Origin: Chloroflexota bacterium | GTDB lineage: Bacteria; Chloroflexota; UBA11872; VXOZ01 | Assembly: GCA_964291655.2 (NCBI GenBank) | Contig: OZ219802.1 | Span: 352,001-416,000 of the forward strand | Reading direction: 5' to 3' | Length of the DNA: 64,000 nucleotides | In this document: one piece after another, positions 40,249 to 48,899 of the stretch | Numbering within the stretch: position 1 is the first letter of the stretch | How the letters are laid out: every line of letters starts with the position of its first letter | The notes under the pieces: model-generated | The model's database searches: none | What the model saw: the letters and a program-made list of their open reading frames with translations, nothing else | Told to the model about the DNA's origin: nothing | Translations under genes and position numbers: made by a program

Positions 40249-41994
40249 TTACGACGACTCTAAGGAGTCGTTTGCCTTCAAGAAGTCCTCGGGGGCTGTA
40301 AAGGCATTCAAGAAGAGGGGAGTACCGGCAAATGAAAGAGGAGAAACGGGGCCTATGGTCATGAACGAGTACTCCCGAGAGGCTAGGTCGAACGATGATT
40401 GCGGATCACGGAAGAGTTGATAGAGTTCTAGGGCTTTGCTGCGGCCACCAACTAGATCACGCAGAGCCTGAAATTCACTACCCATCGACAGACCAAAACC
40501 GAAGAAGTAGATACGCAATTGATCTGCAATTGCGCGGTCCAGACTTGACAGCGTAGGTGAAATGAACATCCAACCAACCCCATACTTTCGGGTTGTCCGC
40601 ACCGAGTCTATAAAGATTCTCCGGACTTGCTTGATAGTCTCATTGTCAAGACTTCCAGATGGGGCTAAACGATGTGCTTCATCCATTAAGACTAACGTAT
40701 TGAGACTCTTCTTATTGGCATAAGCGTGCTCAGCAGAGACACGAATTCCTTCCAAGAGCCGCCTAATAATGAGTGCCTGAATTGTCTCGTTCCAAAACAA
40801 ACTTTCACTACTCTGAGCTGCTAGGTCCACTATGATCAGAGGTTTGTCTTGGGGATTGAACAAGCTGCTCAGGATTGACCCCACCGATTGTGTTCCGGAT
40901 CGACTCTTGTCAAATAGGCGAGTAATTGGTTGCCAATACTCATAGAATTCATCGGGGTCAGCATCGACATACTGCGAATTAAAGCGATTTCGAGATTCAG
41001 CCCCAAGGTAGAACAGTTCCTGCACACTCTCTTGGCCAAGAATACCCCAAGCCTTTTCGAAAGACTCCCGTTTGTGCAGGTCTGTCAGTTTGACCCTCTT
41101 CTTCTGCAGATTGTCACTCAAGACACCGGCAGCTGCTTCTTGCTTCCCGCCTTTAGATACGCTGAGCCTATCAAAAAACGAGGACTCGCTAAGGACTTGG
41201 GCAAACAAGTCCCACCTATCAAGAACTAGATTCTGCACGCTTATGACCCTCGTCGTTTTCTTGATCCCAGCCAATACTTCCTTGACCGGAAGCTGAAAAC
41301 TCCCCATAGCTCCCGAACCCGAAACATCCTGCGAGAATTCACCTTTTGGGTCGATTACTAGAATGCCCATTCTCTTGTAACGGGCGTAAGCCAGCATGAT
41401 CATTCTTGCTAAGACTGACTTTCCCGAACCCGTCTTGCCGAAAATCCCAAGGTGATAGGCTTCTCCTGCTCCATCAGCACCGGTATCGAAGTGCTTGAAC
41501 CACAGCGGTAGCTTAGGCTTTGAGCCGTAGACATGACCCAAGTAAAAGATCTGTTCCTTGTATGGTTCGAGCAAGACTTCCAAGACCTGATCATCAACTA
41601 GATGTACGTACGTTCCTGTAGCCGGTACCGTCCCAAGACTGCTGGGGCGGTACTTTCCATTCTGGTCAGAAAAGACTGCGCTGACTCCCATCTCACCTTG
41701 GTGGGTATCCTGACGTTCGCTCACAGCATCGACCGTGCCTCGCTGGCGAATCAGGCTCCGCATTGTAGGGTCTTCATGCCAGATGTTTCGCAGTGCTATT
41801 TCAGTAATCTGTCCGAGCGCGTAATGGTCAGAGTTATCTTGTAGGTAACGAAACAAAGCCAGTTCGCCTATTAGCTTTTTGTTGACAGCACTAGCCAAAA
41901 TGTCAAGCGCAAGTTCCGATGTAGAAGACGGAGAACCAATGACGCCTATTCTCTCGGACTGATCAACCAACTTGCTCATTACTTGAATCGACAT
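40249..41994 (-). CDS. herA: HerA-like (DUF87) ATPase/helicase
   Basis: HAS-barrel-like N-terminus, HLGIFGKTGSGKS, VIDPKGEF, LMDEAHR, RKYGVG; directly downstream of nurA. Confidence 0.88.
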   Translation of the reverse strand: MSIQVMSKLVDQSERIGVIGSPSSTSELALDILASAVNKKLIGELALFRYLQDNSDHYALGQITEIALRNIWHEDPTMRSLIRQRGTVDAVSERQDTHQGEMGVSAVFSDQNGKYRPSSLGTVPATGTYVHLVDDQVLEVLLEPYKEQIFYLGHVYGSKPKLPLWFKHFDTGADGAGEAYHLGIFGKTGSGKSVLARMIMLAYARYKRMGILVIDPKGEFSQDVSGSGAMGSFQLPVKEVLAGIKKTTRVISVQNLVLDRWDLFAQVLSESSFFDRLSVSKGGKQEAAAGVLSDNLQKKRVKLTDLHKRESFEKAWGILGQESVQELFYLGAESRNRFNSQYVDADPDEFYEYWQPITRLFDKSRSGTQSVGSILSSLFNPQDKPLIIVDLAAQSSESLFWNETIQALIIRRLLEGIRVSAEHAYANKKSLNTLVLMDEAHRLAPSGSLDNETIKQVRRIFIDSVRTTRKYGVGWMFISPTLSSLDRAIADQLRIYFFGFGLSMGSEFQALRDLVGGRSKALELYQLFRDPQSSFDLASREYSFMTIGPVSPLSFAGTPLFLNAFTAPEDFLKANDSLESS

Positions 41995-41996
41995 TG

Positions 41997-43157
41997 TTAC
42001 CTTCCTGCCTCTGTCCGATAGCTATGAAGGCCAACGAATACATCATCAATGTTGCCTTGGTAGTCTTCCGCAAGATACTGACTGGCAATTTGGCGAAATG
42101 CAGGAACAGCTTGGGGCAAGTGCTTGACCATTCTGTCCGCCAGATAAAGCGGGTATGGTTCCATAATGGCCGCAGTGCCGCACTGGTCCTTGATGCCCTG
42201 CAACGCTATGCTCAGCCGACCTTGATTACTGGCAATGGCTCGGCTCATCTCCAACCGCAAAGCTGGCATATAGGAGTGGGGACGATAGTAGAGAACATAG
42301 ATGTCGCCCAAGAGACTAGTGACTTGGTCGACCAGTTTGTTTATTTCATCTCGTTCAGCGTTTTCGACAATTCCATCGACCACTGAAGTGTCGATGTGCC
42401 ATGGCTGAGAAGGTTGCAATAGTTGAGTAGGTGACGTGTATTCGCCTGCTTCCAAGACAGAGCTAAGTAGTCCACGGTCATCATATGACTCGGGCCAGCC
42501 CAATTCACTACCTATTTCTCGACGAGTAGTGTACTTTGGCACCGCTACCCACTGACGGTCACTACGCTGGGCTGCTAACACAGTACAGTAAGCATCCAAG
42601 AAAAACCTGACTCTCCTGATTAAGTATTCTTCAACGGTCTTGAGGTTTGGATACTCTTTAGCTTTGTTGAATCCTTGATTGAAGTATATGGCTGGCGTGG
42701 TAAATGACCCATCCAAAAGTACAAGCTCGTGAGGGGCGTCTGCGGCCAAGTGCAATTCCATACCAATCATCCCTGCGCGCAAGACAGACCCAGTATCAGG
42801 ATTATGGGCTTCAGTCTCGACATGAACAAAGTGAGTGGGCTCGGGCCAGAACCGTTTCTCAGAAGGAGGAGTCAAACCTTCGACCGCTACCGCGCCCGCT
42901 ACGACCAAATCCGTGGCGAGCAGTCTTTCAACGGCATAAGACCCGTCTACACCACAAGTGGTGGGGCTTTGCACTCGTGGCAGGCTGGAGTCACGTCTTG
43001 CCTTGCCAGAGTCAATTAGCTGGTCGCGCCACTCTTGCTTTTTCTTGCGTAACTCCTCAAAGGACTCCAATAGTTCTTTCCCTATTCCCTTTGTTCGGTT
43101 AAGCACCTCGTCAACAAGCGACTTTGGCAATTCCCTAAAGCTAGACTGTTCGTCCAT
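41997..43157 (-). CDS. nurA: NurA-domain nuclease
   Basis: CGVDGS, LLDGS, VPK, PYPLYLAD motifs; coupled to herA. Confidence 0.85.
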   Translation of the reverse strand: MDEQSSFRELPKSLVDEVLNRTKGIGKELLESFEELRKKKQEWRDQLIDSGKARRDSSLPRVQSPTTCGVDGSYAVERLLATDLVVAGAVAVEGLTPPSEKRFWPEPTHFVHVETEAHNPDTGSVLRAGMIGMELHLAADAPHELVLLDGSFTTPAIYFNQGFNKAKEYPNLKTVEEYLIRRVRFFLDAYCTVLAAQRSDRQWVAVPKYTTRREIGSELGWPESYDDRGLLSSVLEAGEYTSPTQLLQPSQPWHIDTSVVDGIVENAERDEINKLVDQVTSLLGDIYVLYYRPHSYMPALRLEMSRAIASNQGRLSIALQGIKDQCGTAAIMEPYPLYLADRMVKHLPQAVPAFRQIASQYLAEDYQGNIDDVFVGLHSYRTEAGR

Positions 43158-44319
43158 TGCCTTCTCCGTTTGACCATAGCTGCAACTCTTGAGGGCTCCA
43201 GTCAATGTGCCGTTTCTCACGTTGACTACGTGGCATCAGCCATCTTTCACGATACCAACCGAAGAGTTCGCTTACAGGTTGATCATAGTAGTCCAGCTTC
43301 GAAGCACCACCACTTAGGAATTGGCGAGCATTCTCCGCTAACGGAGAAACGAATATCTCTCGATTGATTCCATGATTCCGCCATTCCTGCGGCAACCCCA
43401 ATGCAATGAGCACTTTTTGAAGGACTTCCCTTCTGTTCCTGAAACCATTTCCCCACGCTTGATGCTTAGCAGTAGCCCTTGAGTTTATTCTAGCAAATTC
43501 CACCATAGACTCGTAAATCCCGTTGGAGATGTGGAATTCACCAAACCCACGAGTGAACCCTACCGACCTAAACACCAATCGATCATTGAATCTCAATCGA
43601 TTGTAGAGCGACGACCTACCCAAGGCAGAGGTAGTGGTAACCAGAGCAATCTGCCCGGTTAGCTCTCTTTGCTGAATTAAGGATGCCCTTCCTTCATATT
43701 TGACCCTAAATGCCTCTCGTACTTCATTGCTTGCGGCCAGCAAAGCAATGAGCTTGCCTCCTAGCAAGAATGAATATGGGGGAACCGCTCCCAACACGTA
43801 AGCATCTACAACATGGTGAAGCCTCTCAATTCGACCCTCCTTTTCCCAACCGATCCACTGGTCCCGGTTCTTTAGGCTAAAGACAGGATCCCCCAAGCCG
43901 AAAAGGCCCATCAGCTTGTCCGAGTATTGATCCACTACGAGAAATCTCAATCTTCGCCCATATCCCGAAGACACCGGGATGCTCCAGTGCAGACTTGCAT
44001 ATCGGAATAACAGTTCGTCATTCGTATTCGGATGGACTTCGACCAGCTTGGGGTTGATTTCATCAATATCAATGTCTCTCCCAGAAGCAAAACGTTGTAA
44101 TAGTGAGGGTTCGTGCTTGAGAAGTCCTTTCCTGCGCTGACTCAGTCTATGGTGAACCGCTTCAGAATGCAGGGATCTTATCGTGTCCTTGTCCAAGTCA
44201 TTGGGCAAGTAGAACTGGTTGTCCCGCAGCACAAAACCTTGCTTCTCAAGGGACGCCAGAATGCGTGCTTTGAGGAGTTCTGGATCATTCTTCTCAGTGG
44301 TGTCAGGGTTAGTCGACAA
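43141..44319 (-). CDS. druA: Druantia DruA-like protein (DUF4338)
   Basis: WSIPVSSGYGRRLRFLV.D, GLGDPVF.L..RD.WIGW, VLGAVPPY..LLGGKL.A, TTTSALGRSSLYNR, GFT.G.G; TTG start. Confidence 0.8.
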   Translation of the reverse strand: MSTNPDTTEKNDPELLKARILASLEKQGFVLRDNQFYLPNDLDKDTIRSLHSEAVHHRLSQRRKGLLKHEPSLLQRFASGRDIDIDEINPKLVEVHPNTNDELLFRYASLHWSIPVSSGYGRRLRFLVVDQYSDKLMGLFGLGDPVFSLKNRDQWIGWEKEGRIERLHHVVDAYVLGAVPPYSFLLGGKLIALLAASNEVREAFRVKYEGRASLIQQRELTGQIALVTTTSALGRSSLYNRLRFNDRLVFRSVGFTRGFGEFHISNGIYESMVEFARINSRATAKHQAWGNGFRNRREVLQKVLIALGLPQEWRNHGINREIFVSPLAENARQFLSGGASKLDYYDQPVSELFGWYRERWLMPRSQREKRHIDWSPQELQLWSNGEGNGRTV

Positions 44320-44456
44320 TTGCTAGTCTCGTTCTGCAGTCAGTTTTTCCTGGACCATACCCATTATATGGCAAGATATGGGAATGCATCTGGAGGTAGC
44401 AGCAGCCTTGTCGATTACTTTGGCCGATTCTTGCCCAGCTTGCGAGACACATAGCC

Positions 44457-44492
44457 GAGCGACGCCAACAGAAGAAACCGTCAGCGTCGCTC
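44457..44492 (-). terminator. Hairpin downstream of the substrate-binding protein gene (possible terminator)
   Basis: GAGCGACGCCAAC / GTCAGCGTCGCTC imperfect inverted repeat; no clear U-tract. Confidence 0.35.
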
Positions 44493-44516
44493 CGTGAATT
44501 AGCTGCCTAAACTACC

Positions 44517-46373
44517 CTATTGATCCAACCGGTACAGATACCGAATATCCCACAGCCCATATAGTGTTGGCGTCGTATTCCCGAACTCGTTGCGGGTGGC
44601 GGTGAGGCGTTCGGACTGGGTAGTGTAGATGATGGGGAGGTTTTCGGCGATGATTTCTTGGGCGTAGTGGTAGAGTTCCACGCGCATATCGTGGTCGAGT
44701 TCCTGGCTGGCCTGGATGTAGAGGTGATCGACCAAAGCCTCCCACTCGGTGGCGGGCTCCGGCTGGTTGGGGTACCAGAGGTGGAAGGCCTCGCTGCTAT
44801 GCCAGAAGCTGATACCGCTGTAGGGGTCCGAGCCGCCGGAGAAGCCGACCACCATGGCCTCCCACTCGTAGGAAGTAATCAAACGGTCGACGAGATCGCC
44901 AAACTCGATTGACTCATACTCCGCCTTGACGCCGATCTCCTTCATCCCGTCCGCGATGTGCTGCGTGACGGCCCCGCGCACGGAGTTGTCGCCGTTCGTC
45001 ACCAGCGTAAACTCAATGGTGTTGCCGTCTTTATCCTCGCGAATGCCGTCGCCGTTGGTATCCAGCCAGCCGAGGCTATCCAGGATAGCGTTGGCCTGGG
45101 CGATGTCGTAGGGATACCGGCGCACGTCCGGATTATGAAAATCGCCGGCCGCCGGGCTGATGGAGGCCCACTGCGGGTAGCCGAGCCCGTGCAGGATGTC
45201 CCTGACGATAGCGTCCTTATCGATGCTGTGAGCGACGGCCTGGCGGAACTGCGTATTCTGGAACCAGGCCAGTTTCTCCGGCGGCACGTAGGGCGCGCCG
45301 GTCTCCGCGTTCGCGCCGGGGTTCAGGTTGAAGCCGAGGAACGTGGTGCCGAACGCCGGGCCACGGCGGTGAATGGTAAAGTTGCCCTCCGCTTCCAGCG
45401 TTTTCAGGTCTGCGTACTCCTCGCCCAAGACGCCGTGGACGTCCGTCTCACCGGCTTTGAACAGGGCAAGCTCGGTCTCTAAGTCGTCCACGATGTGATA
45501 GACGATCGTATCCAAGTACGGCAGCGCATTGCCTTGTGCGTCCTGGAGCCAGTAATTGGGATTGTGCCGCAGCACCACGCGTTCATCGACGTCGTAGCGC
45601 TCGATGGTGAACGGGCCGGTGCCGATGACTTCACGCGGGTCTGTCTCGATATCCCACAGGGAAGCGAACGTGCCGTCGTTCACGTGGGGTTCCAGGATGT
45701 GCTTCGGATAGATTGCCGTACCCATGGAGCGCAGGAACGGCGCAAAGGAGACCGGCAGCACGCACTCGATGGTGTACTCATCTAGCGCGCGCACGGTCAT
45801 GCGGCCTTCCGTCCACTCGCCGCTCTCTGCATCTATGTAACGGAAGGTGAAGGCGGCGCGCGTCGTAGTGGGAATGTCGTCGTTGTAGATGATGCGATTG
45901 AAGGTGAAGTCCACATCCTGGGCGGTGAACGGCTCGCCGTCGTGCCAGGTCACGTCTTTGCGCAGGTAGAAAATCCAGGTCATGCCGTCCTCGGAGCGCT
46001 CCCACGACTCAGCCAAAGCCGGTTCCACCTCATTGGTCAACCACGATGTCTCGGTGAGACCTTCGAAGAGATAACCGAGGTACCCGGATGACGAAGAATC
46101 ATTGGCAAGCGCCAGATTAAAGGTCAGCGGTTCGCCAATTGTAGAGTAGGTAATCTGCCCGCCATGCGTGCCGATGGTGTACGCAAACCCCTCGGCACTT
46201 TCCTTGAGTTCGGCGACGATTGTCTCATAATCGTGATCGGCAATAGTTTCGACTTGATCGGGCTGCTCGGTAGGCTGAACCGTGGTGTAGACGCCGCATG
46301 AAGATACGATCAGCACCGCGACGAGCGCCAAAAAGGCGAGCACGAAGCTTCGTGGCCGCAGCCTTGCTCGCAC
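44517..46373 (-). CDS. ABC transporter substrate-binding lipoprotein (family 5, peptide/nickel)
   Basis: Lipobox VSSC, PALAESW, LRKDVTWHDGEPFTAQDV.FT, GTGPF, FRQAVA..ID; GTG start inferred. Confidence 0.9.
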   Translation of the reverse strand: MRARLRPRSFVLAFLALVAVLIVSSCGVYTTVQPTEQPDQVETIADHDYETIVAELKESAEGFAYTIGTHGGQITYSTIGEPLTFNLALANDSSSSGYLGYLFEGLTETSWLTNEVEPALAESWERSEDGMTWIFYLRKDVTWHDGEPFTAQDVDFTFNRIIYNDDIPTTTRAAFTFRYIDAESGEWTEGRMTVRALDEYTIECVLPVSFAPFLRSMGTAIYPKHILEPHVNDGTFASLWDIETDPREVIGTGPFTIERYDVDERVVLRHNPNYWLQDAQGNALPYLDTIVYHIVDDLETELALFKAGETDVHGVLGEEYADLKTLEAEGNFTIHRRGPAFGTTFLGFNLNPGANAETGAPYVPPEKLAWFQNTQFRQAVAHSIDKDAIVRDILHGLGYPQWASISPAAGDFHNPDVRRYPYDIAQANAILDSLGWLDTNGDGIREDKDGNTIEFTLVTNGDNSVRGAVTQHIADGMKEIGVKAEYESIEFGDLVDRLITSYEWEAMVVGFSGGSDPYSGISFWHSSEAFHLWYPNQPEPATEWEALVDHLYIQASQELDHDMRVELYHYAQEIIAENLPIIYTTQSERLTATRNEFGNTTPTLYGLWDIRYLYRLDQ

Positions 46374-46760
46374 AATTCCGCCTGTCTGCGACGCTGGAAT
46401 GCCGTGCCTGCATTGCACCGCCCTGGTTGCAGGAATCCGAAAGAATCGCATACTTCTTCCTCCTTGGAAGAGTCTCAAGAAGTCGCCTGTGAATTCTTGA
46501 AACAAGACTTACTTGGCCCTAGTCGTTATGAGGCCACATTCAGCCGCCTCGTAGCCTCTCTCTCACATTTATTTCAACTGTAGCACTTTGGCTGCGGCGC
46601 TAGTGTAGATTCGCTTACAGCTTCTCCGGGTTGTTGGCGCTCCGTGAAAATCAGGCAACCGACGCAAAGCAAATCCCTTGAAAAACTACGCGACGGTACG
46701 TGCCATCACGCGCATTCCCCTTCCCAGCGGGCCACTCTTCCCATGGCTGGAGGGCGGTGC

Positions 46761-47552
46761 TCACTTGACCAGTCGCCGGTGCAATAGCGTGGTGGCGATG
46801 GGGAATAGCGCGGCGGTCAGAGCGAATACATAGAGTAGGGCAAATAGATGCGAAATCCCCAACTCCCCGGTCACGAATCCCCGCGCCAAGTGCACAGAGG
46901 AGGTGAGGGGCGCAGCCCACGCTATCGGCTCTACCCAATCCGGCATGACGGCAATCGGGAAGAACGCGCCGCTGAAGAAGTAAAGAGGACTTGCTACTAC
47001 AGTGAAGGTCAGCGACAGAATGTGCACGTTCGGAGAGAGCGCGGCGAATATGAGACCCAGCGCCCCAAACTGCATGCCAACCAGCGCCGCTGCCAGCAGG
47101 ACGCCCACGCCGGACACGTTGTCAATCCACCCAAACAGTGCCGCCACCGTCCCTATGCACACAGCGGTGAGGACCGTCCTGGTCATGGACCAGGCTATGT
47201 CGCCCATAGCGATCTCCCGCGTGCTCACCGGTGCGGTCAGCGTTGTTTCATACACACCCTTCTGAATGCGCATGAACCCTCCCCAAGAGCACTCGAAAAT
47301 AGCATGGAACATGGCAGAGCCAATGATGACTCCGGGAGTAACGAACTTTGCGTACGGTACCCCATCGACACTATCCACCAACGTGCCAACACCGATGCCA
47401 ATGGCCATGAGGATGACGAATGGCTCTACGAAATACCACGATAAAGATGTAAGCAAGTTGCGCCTGAGCACCAGGGCGTGCCGGTACCAAATCCCGGTAA
47501 TGCTGCGCAGCCTGACGCCGGCGAGGTATGTGTTGGGTGCGGCAACGTTCAC
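46761..47552 (-). CDS. ABC-2 type transporter permease (NodJ-like)
   Basis: EP, F..PG, FFSGAFFP, PL; about 6 TM helices. Confidence 0.87.
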   Translation of the reverse strand: MNVAAPNTYLAGVRLRSITGIWYRHALVLRRNLLTSLSWYFVEPFVILMAIGIGVGTLVDSVDGVPYAKFVTPGVIIGSAMFHAIFECSWGGFMRIQKGVYETTLTAPVSTREIAMGDIAWSMTRTVLTAVCIGTVAALFGWIDNVSGVGVLLAAALVGMQFGALGLIFAALSPNVHILSLTFTVVASPLYFFSGAFFPIAVMPDWVEPIAWAAPLTSSVHLARGFVTGELGISHLFALLYVFALTAALFPIATTLLHRRLVK

Positions 47553-48478
47553 TCGTCCGTCAGCTTCCTGCCCGCCATGGCCAAGAAAACGTCCTCGAGA
47601 TTCGAAGACCGGTAGGAGACGCGTACGCCTTCCAAGCCGGAGAGATCGGGACGCTCACCGTTACGGGATGTGACAGTGATTATCGCACCGGCTTCCCGAT
47701 AGTCGAATCCGGCGCTTTCGATCCAGCCCACAACGTCTTGCCGTACGCCATTAGACACCCGTACCTGCGCCACCTCCGGCCCCGCGTGCTTGTTTACGAC
47801 TTCGTCCGGCGCGCCCTCAGCGAGGATCTTGCCGTGGTGCATGATGGCGAGCCGGTCGCACAAGGCCGTGGCTTCATCCATGTAATGCGTGGACATGAGA
47901 ATAGTCACGCCTGCCTGCTTCATGGTATCCAGTTCTTGCCAGACGCGATTGCGGCCTTGCGGGTCGAGTCCGGTTGTGGGCTCGTCGAGCACGATTACTT
48001 GCGGGTTCGTCATGAATGCCCTGGCAATCGCGAGACGCCGCTTCATGCCACCCGAAAGATAGTCGATTTCCCCATCCGCCTTGTCGGTCAAGTCGAAGAA
48101 CATCAGCACGGCGTCCGCTCGCTTTTCAGCTTCCTTGCGTGAAAGCCCAGCGATGAAGCCATACGTAATGAGGTTACTCTTGGCATCAAGATCAGTATCG
48201 AGACCGTCCTCCTGGGTAACGACACCGAGGATGTTGCGGACTTCTCTCGCCTGCCGGGACACGTCGATGCCTGCAACGGTCAGTTCCCCTGCAGTCAAAG
48301 GAGATAATCCGCTTACCATGCGCATGGTAGTGGTCTTGCCCGCGCCGTTCGGACCGAGCAGGCCGTAGGTCTCGCCGCGGCTAACCTCGAAAGAGACTCC
48401 GTCCACTGCGACGGTTTCGCCAAACCGTTTGGAAATGTCGGTTGCGCGAATGACAATTCGGTTGCTCGAGCCGCTCAC
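47549..48478 (-). CDS. ABC transporter ATP-binding protein (NodI-like)
   Basis: GPNGAGKTT, LSGGMKRR, LDEPTTGLDP, STHYMDEA. Confidence 0.92.
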   Translation of the reverse strand: MSGSSNRIVIRATDISKRFGETVAVDGVSFEVSRGETYGLLGPNGAGKTTTMRMVSGLSPLTAGELTVAGIDVSRQAREVRNILGVVTQEDGLDTDLDAKSNLITYGFIAGLSRKEAEKRADAVLMFFDLTDKADGEIDYLSGGMKRRLAIARAFMTNPQVIVLDEPTTGLDPQGRNRVWQELDTMKQAGVTILMSTHYMDEATALCDRLAIMHHGKILAEGAPDEVVNKHAGPEVAQVRVSNGVRQDVVGWIESAGFDYREAGAIITVTSRNGERPDLSGLEGVRVSYRSSNLEDVFLAMAGRKLTDE

Positions 48479-48591
48479 CCCTACTCCTTTGTTCCGACTT
48501 CAAACAGACAGACAGCCCTAGACCGCAGCAGACAGTCCGCATGATACTGAGGAGCCGATCTCTTCAGGTCGGCGAAATTCGACGATAGGAT

Positions 48592-48667
48592 TGGCACGCC
48601 TGGAGGGATTCGAACCCCCGACCCTCGGTTCCGAAGACCGATGCTCTGTCCACTGAGCTACAGGCGC
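48592..48667 (-). tRNA. tRNA-Arg (anticodon TCG), CCA encoded
   Basis: GCGCCTGTAGCTCAGTGGACAGAGCATCGGT-CTTCGGA-ACCGAGGGTCGGGGGTTCGAATCCCTCCAGGCGTGCCA folds as a canonical cloverleaf. Confidence 0.96.
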
Positions 48668-48899
48668 ATGGCGTTCTCTTACCAGTATAACAGGGGTACG
48701 GGAGGAGTCTCGGAGTCAAATAAGACTGGAAAGGCCGGCAGCAGACTACCAATACTGAACAGCAAGACTAGGCTTCAGCCATGTCTCTCGCTGTTGGTTT
48801 CCCGCAGGGACTCTAGATTCCGCAAACGTCGTTCAACGCTGCGCTCGAAATAACAACCCAACGGCTTGGTTGCTGGAGCAGGGCGTCCCACTTTCACTG

